Below are positions 9,539 to 20,824 of a stretch of 64,000 bases of DNA, in pieces. Origin of the DNA: an uncultured Actinomycetes bacterium (lineage in GTDB: Bacteria > Actinomycetota > Thermoleophilia > Solirubrobacterales > Solirubrobacteraceae); assembly GCA_963729125.1 (NCBI GenBank), contig CAVSML010000004.1, positions 13,287-77,286 of the forward strand. Reading direction: 5' to 3'. A program made the translations under genes and the position numbers. The notes below the pieces were generated by a model. That model had not been told where the DNA came from. It made no database searches and saw nothing but the letters and a program-made list of their open reading frames with translations. How positions within the stretch are numbered: position 1 is the stretch's first letter; every line of letters begins with the position of its first letter.

Positions 9539-10105
9539 TCAGCGGCTGATCTTCGTGCCGAACGTCGTCGTGTAGGTCGCGGCCGGCCCGCCGCCCTCGA
9601 TGCCCGGCGCGCCCATGGCGACGCCGATGCCGACGTGGCGGTAGCGGCGGTTGAGGATGTTGCGGCGGTGATCGGCGGACCCCATCCAGCCGGCGACGGT
9701 CTTGGCCGGGGTGGCGAGCGTGCCGGCGCCAAACGCGATGTTCTCGCCGAGCGCGAAGTTCAGCGCGTTGCGCAGGTAGAACGTGCCCTTGCGCACGCGG
9801 CTCATCAGCGTGCTGCCCGCGGGGCTGACGTGGTCGAAGAAGCTGTCGCGGACCATCTGGAGGCTGTGCTTCTGGGCGGCGCGGCGCAGTTGGGTGTTCT
9901 GGACCAGCGGCTTGAGGCCGCGGGTCGCGCGCTCCTCGTTGAGCAGGCACAGCGTGGCGGTGCGCAGCGCGGCGCCGTTGTCCGCCGTGGGAACCAGGCC
10001 GGCGTCTGCACACGAGGTGGCGGCCGAGGCGACGTTGGGGACGACGAGCGCGACGACCGACAGCAGTGCTGTGAGGAGGCCGAGCGAAAGGTTCCGTGTG
10101 TTCAT
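9539..10105 (-). CDS. secreted CAP (SCP/PR-1-like) domain protein
   Basis: ATG at 10105 gives MNTRNLSLGLLTALLSVVALVVPNVASA (signal peptide). CAP-domain motifs follow: LLNEERATRGLKPL, FFDHVSPAG, GENIAFG, GWMGSADHRRNIL. Confidence 0.8.
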   Translation of the reverse strand: MNTRNLSLGLLTALLSVVALVVPNVASAATSCADAGLVPTADNGAALRTATLCLLNEERATRGLKPLVQNTQLRRAAQKHSLQMVRDSFFDHVSPAGSTLMSRVRKGTFYLRNALNFALGENIAFGAGTLATPAKTVAGWMGSADHRRNILNRRYRHVGIGVAMGAPGIEGGGPAATYTTTFGTKISR

Positions 10106-10299
10106 GGTGGGGTGATCGGTTTCTGCACGTCCGTCCACGACGTAACCACCCCAGTTGGACGAACGGTCGACCCCAGGCGTCTACGCGGCGTGGACGCCGG
10201 TTCAAGTTCGTGGAGCTTCGGCCGACCGCCGTGTTGCCGTCGTGGCTGGGAGGGCGCTCTTGGCGGTGGGTTTCGCGGGGCTTTCGGGCGTGCGACGGC

Positions 10300-10416
10300 C
10301 GGCGTCGGCGGGCGGTGGCGCCGGGCGCGATCGTTCACGCGGGCGCGCGGGCGCGGCCGGCGTTGGCCGGGTGGGCGCGCCGGTTGCGGTCGTTCACGCG
10401 GGCGCGCGGGCGCGGC
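10300..10416. repeat. imperfect ~59-bp tandem duplication with a 27-bp perfect core
   Basis: tcgttcacgcgggcgcgcgggcgcggc occurs at 10331-10357 and at 10390-10416 (31 bp with one mismatch). The 5' flanks are similar but diverged. The second copy ends 20 nt before tRNA-Pro. Confidence 0.8.
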
Positions 10417-10436
10417 AGCCCGTACCGTTCAGCGCA

Positions 10437-10510
10437 CGGGATGTAGCTCAGCTTGGTAGAGCACCGCGTTTGGGACGCGGGGGTCGTCGGTTCGAATCCG
10501 GCCATCCCGA
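10437..10510 (+). tRNA. tRNA-Pro (anticodon TGG)
   Basis: Manual cloverleaf: acceptor CGGGATG/CATCCCG, D arm GCTC-AGCTTGGTA-GAGC, anticodon arm CCGCG-TTTGGGA-CGCGG, T arm GTCGG-TTCGAAT-CCGGC, discriminator A. No encoded CCA. Confidence 0.9.
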
Positions 10511-10533
10511 CTGCCGGCCGTGGCGGCCGGCGT

Positions 10534-10606
10534 GCCCCGGTAGCTCAGTGGATAGAGCAGCGGACTTCTAATCCGCAGGTCGCTGGTTCGAATCCAGCCC
10601 GGGGTG
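10534..10606 (+). tRNA. tRNA-Arg (anticodon TCT)
   Basis: Manual cloverleaf: acceptor GCCCCGG/CCGGGGT (G1-U72 wobble), D arm GCTC-AGTGGATA-GAGC, anticodon arm GCGGA-CTTCTAA-TCCGC, T arm GCTGG-TTCGAAT-CCAGC. Confidence 0.85.
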
Positions 10607-10798
10607 TTCCGCGACGCGCCCTTCAGCGAAGAAGTCGAGCCGACCAAGGGGAGCGTCTGGACCGAACTCGCCGGGGGCTGTGGTGGCGCTGACGCGAGCT
10701 CGCGACACCGTCTGGGTCGGCCACATCGGGGAAGCCGTCACGGCATCTTGGCTCGTGCAGCGATCAGCGGGGTGAGCGCGACAGCCGCGCTCGCCGAG

Positions 10799-11884
10799 TC
10801 ACTCGCGAGATCGGACCTGTTCGCGAAGCGACTCGGAGGCGACGTACTTCGTGCTGCGCGTTCGCCCTCGCTGGGTGAGCAGGCGGGCGTCTACGAGCCG
10901 GCGTAGGTCGGTCGTGGCTGTGGCGAGGGAGACGTCCGCCTCGGCGGCGTACGCCTTGCGTTCGACGCCGGCGAAGAGGCTCTGCTCCAGGGCGATCACG
11001 AGGCGGTCCGGCCAGCCGCCGGAGTCGACAAGCCTCTCGAGTGCGCTCCAGCGTGTCGAGGCCGCAGCGATCTGGTCCAGGCGCTCGCGGGCCTGCTGGA
11101 CGTGCGCTGTGAGGCAGAAGCGAACCCACGGGGTGGCGTCGCGCTCGGGTTGGTAGCTGCCGCCCTGGACTCGCCGGAGCACACGGTGGTAGTCGCCGGT
11201 GTTGCCGCCCAGGTACTCCTCGATCGAGCTGAACTCCGGCGCGAGCAACCCGGCGCGGGCGAGCACGAGCGACTGCGCGATGCGTGAGATCCGCCCGTTT
11301 CCGTCGGCGAACGGGTGGACGGAGACCACGTGCAGATGGGCCATCGCGGCGCGGACGGCGACGTGAGCGTCGAGGTCGCCGTCCTGCAACCAGTCGACGA
11401 CCTCGCCCATGAGCTCGGGGACGTCGTCGGCGTCCGGGCCGACATAGGCCGGCGGCCGGCCGTTCGGGCTCGTGACGTAGATCGGGCCGGTGCGCCAGAG
11501 GCCGGGGGACCGGTCGCGCTGGAAGACGCAGGCGTCGAAGTGCAGGTCGAGCATGACGCGGTCCGACCAGCGGAAGTGCGGGTCGATGGCCATCGTGCCG
11601 ACGTGGTCCATCGCGCGGGCATAGCTGGCCAGCGCCATGCGGTCCGCGTCTCCCGCGTCCGGCACGGCGGTGCCGGCGACGATTCCCGGGCCCTCGCCGG
11701 CGGGCACGTGGAAGCCCTCGATGGAGACGGAGCTCTCCATGGTGCTCGCCCGCACCTGACGGCGCAGCTCGCCCAGCCACGGCCCGGCGACGCCGGTCGC
11801 GTCGCCGAGACGCGCACGCAGCTCGTCGAGCTCGCGCAAATGCGAGGCGTGTGCTCTGCTGGGCGTTGGCGTCGAGAACAGCAT
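10799..11884 (-). CDS. Fic family protein (AMPylase-type, N-terminal auto-inhibitory helix, C-terminal winged-helix-like)
   Basis: Intact 361-aa ORF. Fic core motif HPFADGNGRISR. N-terminal SVSIEG matches the (S/T)xxxE(G/N) inhibitory motif. Confidence 0.9.
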   Translation of the reverse strand: MLFSTPTPSRAHASHLRELDELRARLGDATGVAGPWLGELRRQVRASTMESSVSIEGFHVPAGEGPGIVAGTAVPDAGDADRMALASYARAMDHVGTMAIDPHFRWSDRVMLDLHFDACVFQRDRSPGLWRTGPIYVTSPNGRPPAYVGPDADDVPELMGEVVDWLQDGDLDAHVAVRAAMAHLHVVSVHPFADGNGRISRIAQSLVLARAGLLAPEFSSIEEYLGGNTGDYHRVLRRVQGGSYQPERDATPWVRFCLTAHVQQARERLDQIAAASTRWSALERLVDSGGWPDRLVIALEQSLFAGVERKAYAAEADVSLATATTDLRRLVDARLLTQRGRTRSTKYVASESLREQVRSRE

Positions 11885-12046
11885 GCAGCTACGTTAGTCG
11901 AGTATTCGCCAAATCGTCAAGTGAGGGGGCGCCCGGATGAACACGTGCTACGCGGACCTCTCATAGTGCGGTTCATGATCGCTCGTCCTCAGCTGAGCCT
12001 CGCGGTGCCGATGCCAGAGCTCGCGGACCGGGGGTGAGCGGCGACG

Positions 12047-15000
12047 ATGCTCCACATCCAGCGCGCTGACCGCGCCGACGGCCTCATCGGTGCCCTCCGC
12101 GAGCTGCTGGCCGAACCCCTGCCCGACCCGTTCGCCTCCGAGCTCATCGCCGTGCCGACGCGCGGCATGGAGCGCTGGCTGACCCAGCGGATGTCGACCT
12201 GTCTTGGCGTGACGAAAGGGCGCGACGACGGAGTGTGCGCGAACGTCGAATTTCCGTCACCACGCCGGCTCGTCGCGGATGCCGTCGCGGCGGCTTCGGG
12301 GGTCGAGCCGGATGCCGATCCCTGGCTGGTCGAGCATGCCGTGTGGCCGCTGCTGGACGTCGTCGAGGAGTGCCTGGGGGAGCCGTGGATGGAAAACCTC
12401 GCCGCGCACTTGGGCGCGGTGGACCAGGCCGAGGACCGTTCGCGGCGTTCGCGGCGGCTGAGCGCCGTCCGCCACATCGCCGAGCTGTTCGATCGCTACG
12501 CGCTGCACCGCCCGGAGATGGTCCGCGCCTGGGCTCGCGGCGAGGACGTGGACGGCACCGACGGCGCCCTCCCGGACGATGCCCTGTGGCAGGCCGAGCT
12601 GTGGCGGCGGCTGCGCGAGCGGATCGCGATCCCGGGGCCGGCCGAGCGGCTCGAGGACGCCTGTGCGCGGCTGCGGACACGAGCCGGGGATCCTCGACCT
12701 GCCGCCGCGGCTGTCGCTGTTCGGGCTGACGCGGCTGCCTGCCGGGCAGGCTCGCCGTGCTGCGAGCGCTCGCACAGCACCGCGACGTGCACCTGTTCCT
12801 GCTGCACCCGTCGCCGGTGCTGTGGGAGCAGATCGCCGAGGCGCAGCTGCCGCCCGCGACCCTTCGCAAGGACGACGTCACCGCAACCCTGCCGACCAAC
12901 AGCCTGCTCGCCTCCTGGGGGCAGGACGCGCGCGAGCTGCAGCTCGTCGTCGGTGCCGACGACGAGCAGGTCGATCACCACCACCCGGTCGAGCAGCGAC
13001 GACGGACTCGCTGCTCGAATCGCATCCAGCACGACGTGCGCAGCCGACACCGCGCCGCCCGGCGCTCCGCTGCCGAGCAAACCTGACGCCAGGCCAACGC
13101 TCGACCACACAGACCGCAGCATCCAGGTCCACGCCTGCCACGGCCGCGCGCGACAGGTCGAGGTCGCGCGCGACGCGATCCTGCACATGCTGCAGGACGA
13201 TCCGAGCCTCGAGCCGCGCGACGTCATCGTCATGTGCCCGGACATCGAGGCGTTCGCGCCGCTGATCCACGCGACGTTCGGGGTCGGGGCGATGCTCGAG
13301 GACGAGGACGATCCCGGACGGCGCAGTCGACACCGGGCTGCCCGATCTGCGCGTGCGGCTCGCCGACCGCGCGCTGCGGCAGACCAACCCGGTCCTCGGG
13401 GTCGTCGCGCAGCTGCTCGATCTCACCGGGTCGAGGCTGACCGCTTCGCAGGTGCTCGATCTCGCCGACCGCGACCCGGTCCGAAAGCGCTTCGGCTTCG
13501 ATGACGACGACCTCACGCGGATCGGGGAGTGGATCGCCGACGGCGGCATCCGCTGGGGGCTGGATGCGGCGCACCGCGCGCCGTTCAAGCTCGAGTCGCT
13601 CGCGGCCGGGACGTGGCGGGCGGGGATCGACCGGCTGCTCGTCGGGGTCGCGATGACCGAGGACGGGCACCGGCTGTACGAAGGGGTGCTGGCGCTCGAC
13701 GACGTCGAGAGCGGGGCGATCGACCTCGCGGGACGCTTCGCGGAGCTCGTCGATCGGCTCGGCGCGGCGCTCGACGACCTCAGCAGAGCCCCAGACGGTC
13801 GAGCGAGTGGGCGCGCCAGATCGCCGAAGCCGCGGACGCGCTCACGGCGACGGCGCCCAGAGACAGCTGGCAGCGCGCGGAGCTGCAGCGCCTGCTCGAC
13901 GACGTCACGAACCAGGCACGCGTCGGCGGCCGCGAAGACGCCACGCAGCTGCTCCCCGCCGAGATCAGCTCGCTGTTCGCCGAGCGCCTGCAGGGCCGGC
14001 CCACCCGCGCGAACTTCCGCACCGGGCACCTGACGATCTGCACGCTCGTGCCGATGCGCTCGGTGCCGCATCGCGTCGTCTGCCTGCTCGGGCTCGACGA
14101 CGGCGCGTTTCCGCGCAAGTCCCACCGCGACGGCGACGACCTGATGCTCGCCGACCCGCACGTCGGCGACCGCGACAGCCGGACCGAGGATCGCCAGATG
14201 CTGCTCGACGCGCTGCTCGCGGCGACCGACCGGCTGATCGTCACCTACACCGGCAACGACGAGCGCACGAACCTGCAGCGCCCGCCGGCCGTCCCCGTCG
14301 GCGAGCTGCTCGACGCGATCGATCGCACCGTGCGCCTCGACGACGGCTCGCCCGCGCGCACGCAGGTCGTCGTGCGCCACCCGCTGCAGCCGTTCGATCC
14401 GCGCAACTTCGACGCCGCACACGGAGCGCCCGTGGAGCTTCGACCGCGTCGCGCTCGGCGGCGCCCGCGCGATCGTCGCGCCGCGCGCCGGCGTCCAGCC
14501 GTTCCTCAGCGAACCACTCGCCTCCAAAGCGGGGCCGGTCGTCGAGCTCGAGAACCTCGTGAAGTTCGCCGAGCGGCCCGTGCGCGCGTTCCTGCGCCAG
14601 CGCCTGGGCATCAGCGTCGCCGACTACGACGACGACGTCTCCGACGCGCTGCCCGTCGAGCTCGACGGCCTCGAGACGTGGGCGGTCGGGCAGCGGCTCG
14701 TCGAGGGGCTGCTCGCCGGCGCCGAGATGGACGACTGCATCGCGGCCGAGGTCGCGCGCGGGGCGCTGCCGCCCGGGGCGCTCAGCGCGCAGGTGATCGA
14801 GCGCGTGCGCCCGACCGTCGAGGGGATCGCCGCGCAGGCGGCGGCGCTGCTCGGCGCGGCCGGCGAGCCGGGGTCGGTGGAGGTCAACGCGCTGATCGCG
14901 CCCGGGACGCTTCCTGCGCGGCACCGCGCCCGGCGTGCGCGGCGACGTCGTCGGCGCGGTGACGTACTCGCGCGTGAGCCCGCGCCACCGGCTCGCCGCA

Positions 15001-15491
15001 TGGGTGCGGCTGCTCGCGCTGACCGCGTCGCACCCGCAGAGAAGCCTTCGAAGCGATCACGATCGGCAAGGCCCAGCGGGGCGCCGACGACGGCGCGCGC
15101 GTGACGATCGCCCGCATCCCTGCCGCTCGAACCGGAGCGTGCGACGGAGATCCTCACCCGGCTGGTCGACGTCTACGACCGCGGGATGCGCGAGCCGCTG
15201 CCGATCGCCTGCCTCAGCTCTGCCGCCTACGCGCAGGCGGCGCATCGAGGCGCCAGCGCGACAAGGGCGGCGGGCTCGGCGTGGGAGTCGACGTGGAACT
15301 TCGACCGCGAGGACCGCGAGCCCGACCACCTGCTCGTGCTCGGCGGCGAGCGCACGACCACGGAGCTGCTCGCCGAGCCGCCCCGCGCCGACGAGCAGAC
15401 CTGGAATCCGACGGAAACGACGCGCTTCGGCGCCTACGCCCGCCGCATCTGGGACGACCTGCTCGCGCACGAGGAGCTGACCGACCGGTGA
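12047..15491 (+). pseudogene. recC: exodeoxyribonuclease V gamma subunit RecC with 12 or more apparent frameshifts
   Basis: The N-terminus MLHIQRADRADGLIGALRELLAEPLPDPFASELIAVPTRGMERWLTQRMS is RecC-like. Consecutive conserved pieces lie in ORFs 12047.., 12579.., 12757.., 13353.., 13529.., 14559.., 14935.., 15101.. and 15186..15491. The first break is near 12675. The TGA overlaps the recB GTG (GTGA at 15488-15491). Confidence 0.85.
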
Positions 15492-18400
15492 CCCCCCGCG
15501 TCGAGGTCGCAAAGCCGTTCGTCATCACGGGCCCCCTGCCGGAAGGCGTGACCGTGCTCGAGGCCAGCGCCGGCACCGGCAAGACGTTCACGATCGCCGC
15601 GCTCGCCGCGCGCTACGTCGCCGAGGGCACGCCGCTGGACCAGATCCTGCTCGTGACGTTCACGCGGATGGCGACCGGCGAGCTGCGCGACCGCGTCCGC
15701 GAGCGGCTCGTGCACACCGAACAGGGGCTCGCACGCCGCCTCGCGGGGGCGGCCGAACGCAACCAGGACGAGGTCGTGGCGCTGCTCGCAAGCGGAGAGC
15801 CGGCCGAGGTCGAGCAGCGCCACCACAACCTCGCTCAGGCGATCGCTCGCTTCGACGCCGCCACGATCGCGACGACTCACGGCTTCTGCCAGGAGGTGCT
15901 CGGCGGCCTCGGGATCGTCGGCGACGTCGAGACCGACATGACGTTCGTCGAGGACCCGGCCGACCTCGTCGAGGAGGTCGTCGACGACCTCTTCGTGCGC
16001 CGCTTCCACCGCCATGGCGGGCCGCAGTTCACGCGCGCCGAGGCGCTGCGGATCGCGCGCATCGCGGTCGCCAACCCGGCCGCGCGGCTGGAGCCCGAGG
16101 CCGCGCCCGAGCACAGCGTCGCCGCGATGCGCGTGCGGCTCGCGCTCGCCGTGCGCGACGAGCTCGAGCGCCGCAAGCGCCGCATGGCGCTGATCACCTA
16201 CGACGACCTGCTCACGCGCCTCGACGACACGCTGAAGGGCCCCGGGGGCGAGGCGGCGGCCGAGCGGCTGCGCACCGCTACCGCGTCGTGCTCGTCGACG
16301 AGTTCCAGGACACCGACCCCGTGCAGTGGGACATCATGCGCCGCGCGTTCGGCGGCGGCGGCGTCGCGCTGATCCTCATCGGCGACCCCAAGCAGGCGAT
16401 CTACGCCTTCCGCGGCGCCGACGTCTACGCCTACCTCGCCGCCGCGGCCACAGCCGGCACAAGAGCGACGCTCGAGGTCAACTGGCGCAGCGACCAGGGG
16501 CTGATCGACGCCTACGACGCGCTGTTCGGCGGCGCGACGCTCGGCCACGAGGGCATCGTCTATCGCGAAGTCCGCGCACCGCCGGCCAACCAGACGCCGG
16601 GGCTGACCGGCGCGCCGGAAACCGCCGCGGTCCGAATCAGGGTCGTGCACCGCGACGAGACGACGATCACGCCTCCAAGGGCGGCGGCTACGCGAGTGCG
16701 CCGTCGGTGCGCGAGCACATCGCGCAGGATCTCGCGGCTGATCTGGTCGAACCTGCTGTCCTCCACCGCGCGGGTCGAGATCCGGGCGAGCGACGCCCCG
16801 ACGAGAAGCGAGCCGATCCGCCCCGGCCACGTCGCGGTGCTCGTGCGCACGCACCGCAACGCGGCGCTCGTGCGCGACGCGCTGTCCGAAGCCGACATCC
16901 AGGCCGTCATCAACGGCGCCGGCAGCGTCTTCGGCACCGTCCCGGCGCGCCACTGGCTGCGCGTGCTCGAGGCGATCGAGCGACCCGCCTCGACCGACGC
17001 GCGCCCGCTCGGCCGCGCTGACGCCGTTTCTCGGCTGGACGGCCGAGCGCGTCGCGCTCGCCGGCGAGCAGCAGTGGGAGGAGGTCCACCGCCGCCTGCA
17101 TCGCTGGGCGCGGGTGCTGCGCACGAGCGGCGTCGCGGCGCTGATGGAGACGATCACGCGCGCCGAGCTGCTGCCCGGCCGCGTGCTGGCGACGAGCGAC
17201 GGCGAGCGCGACCTGACCGACCTGCGCCACGTCGCCCAGCTCCTGCACGCGACCGCGACCGCCGAGCAGATGGGCGGCGCGGCGCTGACGGCGTGGCTGC
17301 GCCAGCGGATCGCCGCGGCGGCGCGCGAGACGGGCGACGAGGAGCGCACGCGTCGCCTGGAGTCCGACGCCGAGGCCGTGCAGGTCCTGACGATCCACCG
17401 CAGCAAGGGCCTCGAGTTCCCGATCGTCCTGTGCCCGGACCTGTGGGAGCCCGGCTACATCCCGCGCGACCCTCAGCCGGTCTTCTTCCACGACCCCGCC
17501 CAGGACGACGCGCGCACGATCGACGTCGGCCTCGACGGCCCCGACTATCCGCGCCACCGCCGCCACCACGAGGAGGAGCAGCGCGGCGAGGACCTGCGCC
17601 TGGCCTACGTCGCGCTGACGCGCGCGCGCCATCAGGCCGTCGTCTGGTGGGCGGGCTCGTGGGACAGCCGCCACTCGGCGCTCGGGCGGCTGCTGTTCGC
17701 GCGCGGCGAGGACGGGCGCGTGCCGCCGGCCGGCGACAGGACGCCGACCGACGCCGTCGCGGTCGCGCGCTTCGAGGAGCTCGCGGCGCAGGCGCCGGGC
17801 TGCATCTCCGTCGAGCGCTCGCGGCTCGGGCGGCCGGTGTCGTGGTCTGCGCCGGCGGGCACGGCGGCGGGCCTGTCGGCGGCGCAGTTCGACCGCGGGC
17901 TGGACGCGCGCTGGCGGCGCACCTCGTTCAGCGACATCTCCTCGGGCGCCAACGACCCGCGCGTCGCCAGCGAGCCCGAGCAGGAGCAGCTCGCCGACGA
18001 GCCGCCGCCGTCGCTCGTCGCGGGCGCGGCCGAGCCGGTCGACGTCGCGCTCGCTGCGCGCCTCGGCCAGCCGTCGCCGCTGGCCGCGATGCCGGTCGGG
18101 CTGCAGGTCGGCACGCTCGTGCACCGCGTGCTGGAGGCGGCGGACTTCACCGCGGCCGACCTCGACGCGGAGGTCGCCGCGCGGATCGCCGAGGGCCAGG
18201 GCTGGCGCCACATCGACCTCGGCGATCCGGCGGCCGCCGCGCCGGGGCATCGGCGCCGCGCTGCGGACGCCGCTCGGCCCGGCGATCGACGGCATCCGCT
18301 TGTGCGACGTCGAGCGCTCAGACCGCCTCGACGAGCTGCAGTTCGAGCTGCCGCTCGCCGGCGGCGACGTCCCGACCGGCAGGCTGACGCTCGCCGCGAT

Positions 18401-18904
18401 CGGCGCGCTGCTGCGCGAGCACCTGCCGGCCGGCGATCCGCTGCACGCCTACGCCGATCGCCTCGACGACCCGCTGCTGCGCCAGGACGTGCGCGGCTAC
18501 CTGACCGGCAGCATCGACCTCGTCCTGCGCGTGCGCGGCGACGGCGGCGCGACGCGCTACGCGATCGCCGACTACAAGACGAACTGGCTCGCGCCGCCGG
18601 GCGAGGAGCTGACGGCATGGCATCACCGCCCGGCCGCGCTGGCGAGCGAGATGCGCCACCGCCACTACGGCCTGCAGGCGCTGCTGTACGCCGTCGCGCT
18701 GCACCGCTACCTGCGCTGGCGGCTGCCCGGCTACGACGCCCGAGCGCGACATCGCCGGCGTCCTCTACCTCTTCCTGCGCGGGATGACCGGCTCGGACAC
18801 GCCGACCGTCGGCGGCGAGCCGTGCGGCGTCTTCGCGTGGCGCCCGCCGGGTGCGCTTGATCGAAGCGCTCAGCGACGTCTTCGATCGGGGGGAGGCGGC
18901 GTGA
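15488..18904 (+). pseudogene. recB: exodeoxyribonuclease V beta subunit RecB with about 8 apparent frameshifts
   Basis: UvrD-type motifs are split over several frames: LEASAGTGKTFTIA (ORF 15101), VLVDEFQDTDPVQW and GDPKQAIYAFRGADV (ORF 16288), TIHRSKGLEFPIV and YVALTRAR (ORF 17114). The nuclease motif GSIDLV...IADYKTNWL is in ORF 18300. The tail IEALSDVFDRGEAA ends at TGA 18902-18904. Confidence 0.85.
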
Positions 18905-20728
18905 TCTTCCGCCGATCGACGTCCACGACCGCCGCCGCGCGCGGCATGCGCCCGGCCTGCTGCGCGCGTTCAACGACGCCGGCGTGCTGTCGGCCGCCGA
19001 CGTCCACGTCGCCGTGCGCCTGACCGAGCTCGCCGGCGCCGGCGACGATCTCGTCGCGCTCGCGGCCGCGTTCGCCGTCCGCGGGCCGCGGCTCGGCCAC
19101 GTCCTCGTCGACCTCGCGACGATCCGCGAGACGGCGACGGTCGACGCCGACGAGCCGGTCGACCTGTCCGCGCTGCCGTGGCCTGAGCCCGCCGCGTGGG
19201 TACGCCGGCTCGCCGCCAGCCCGCTCGTCGCCCTCGGCGAGGACGCCGAGCCCAGCGGCGCCCGGCCGCTGCGCCTCGTCGGCGACGCGCTGTACCTCGA
19301 CCGCTACTGGCGCGAGGAGCGCCAGGTCGCGGCCGACCTGCGGACGTTCAGCGACGGCCCGCCCGCGACGGCCGACGCCGACGTGCTCGCCGACGGGCTC
19401 GCGCGCCTGTTCCCGGGAGATCGCGACAGCCGGCCAGCGACTTGCCGCCGCCACCGCGGTCGAGCGCCGCTTCGCGGTCGTCGCCGGGCGGACCGGGCAC
19501 TGGCAAGACGACGACCGTCGCGCGGATCGTCGCGCTGCTCGCCGAGCAGGAGGCGGCGGCCGGCGAGCCGCCGCCGCTCGTCGCGCTCGCCGGCGCCGAC
19601 CGGCAAGGCGGCCGCGCGGCTCGAGGAGGCCGTGCACGACGAAGCGAAAGGCCTCGACGTCGACGAGACCGTGCGCGCGCAGCTGCTCGAGCTGCACGCC
19701 TCGACGCTGCACCGGCTGCTCGGCTGGCGGCCGGGCAGCCACAGCCGCTTTCGCCACCACCGCGCCAACCGGCTGCCGCACGACGTCGTGATCGTCGACG
19801 AGACCTCGATGGTGTCGCTGTCGCTGATGGCGCGGCTCGTCGAGGCCGTGCGCCCGGGCGCGCGCCTCGTGCTCGTCGGCGACCCCGGCCAGCTGACGTC
19901 GATCGAGGCCGGCGCGGTGCTCGGCGACATCGTCGGGCCCGCGACCGGCGAGGGCATCGTCGTGCTCGACCGCGTGCACCGCTTCGGCGGCGGCATCGCG
20001 CTGCTCGCCGACGCGATCCGCGCCGGCGATCCGGATGCGGTCATGGCGGTGCTCGCCAAGCAGCCCGACGACGTGACCTGGATCCCGGTCGACGTCGAGC
20101 AGGACGAGGCCCAGCCCGCGCTCGATGCGCTGCGCGAGCACGCCGTCGTCAGCGGGAGCGCCGTCGTCGAGGCCGCGCGACGCGGCCGCGCGCGAGAGGC
20201 GATCCAGGCGCTCGGCGCCTTCCGGGTCCTGTGCGCGCACCGCCGCGGCGCGCAAGGCGTGGCCGCGTGGACGGCGCGCATCGAGGGCTGGCTCGCGAGC
20301 GCGATCGCCGGCTTCGATCCGGACGGGCCCGCGTACGTCGGCCGCCCGCTGCTGGTCACCGAGAACGACTACGGACTGCGCCTGTACAACGGCGACACCG
20401 GCGTCGTCGTGCAATCGGGGCCCGACCGCGTCAGCGCGGCGTTCGAGCGCGGCGAGAGCTGCTCGAGTTCACGCCGACGCGCCTCGGCGCGATCGAGACC
20501 GCGTTCGGGATGACGATCCACAAGAGCCAGGGCTCGCAGTTCGACACGACGGTCGTCCTGCTGCCCGCGCCGACGTCGCGGATCCTCACGCGCGAGCTGC
20601 TCTACACGGCCGCGACGCGCGCCCGGCGCCGGCTCATCCTCGTGGGGACGCAGGAGACGATCCGCTTCGCCGTGTCGCGGCCGGTCGCGCGGGCGTCGGG
20701 CCTGCGAACGCGCCTATCGGACGGCTGA
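18901..20728 (+). pseudogene. recD: exodeoxyribonuclease V alpha subunit RecD with about 4 apparent frameshifts
   Basis: The GTG at 18901 overlaps the recB TGA. LLRAFNDAGVLSAADVHVAVRLTEL needs a 1-nt correction near 18910. Walker A GGPGTGKTTTV is in the ORF 19196 frame. DVVIVDETSMV and LVLVGDPGQL are in ORF 18984. The tail TIHKSQGSQFD...LLYTAATRAR is in the ORF 19196 frame. Confidence 0.85.
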
Positions 20729-20776
20729 GCGCAGGAAATCCTCCCGCGCGCTCCAGCGACGAACGCGTTCAGCCGA

Positions 20777-20805
20777 TGACAAGTGCATGAACGACCTCGT
20801 ATTTT
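20777..20805 (+). promoter_or_regulatory. putative sigma-70-type promoter of the S8 protease gene
   Basis: TGACAA (20777-20782), a 17-nt spacer, then TATTTT (20800-20805), in an unusually AT-rich stretch about 20 nt upstream of the ATG at 20825. This is a motif match only. Confidence 0.35.
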
Positions 20806-20824
20806 TGGCTAGGCTCGCCACACC

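Noticed and set aside
10300-10416. A CRISPR-like array.
   Set aside because: There are only two repeat copies, the intervening sequence is itself part of a diverged duplication, and no cas genes occur in the window.
8402-10459. Very long ORFs antisense or out of frame to annotated genes (for example 8402..10459 +, 29330..34231 +, 30990..34307 -, 48727..50826 -, 54596..56251 -).
   Set aside because: Their translations are dominated by Arg/Ala/Gly/Pro runs with no motifs. This is the expected shadow-ORF effect in a very GC-rich genome. In each case another frame or strand carries a clearly recognisable protein.
10534-10606. tRNA-Arg as a pseudogene because of the G1-U72 acceptor pair.
   Set aside because: All four arms and the anticodon loop are otherwise canonical. 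A G-U pair, or a single base error, at the acceptor end does not justify a pseudogene call.
1485-20455. Programmed ribosomal frameshifting or recoding as an explanation for the many frame breaks.
   Set aside because: There are dozens of breaks in unrelated genes, in both +1 and -1 directions. I saw no slippery heptamers or downstream structures. None of these gene families is known to use recoding.
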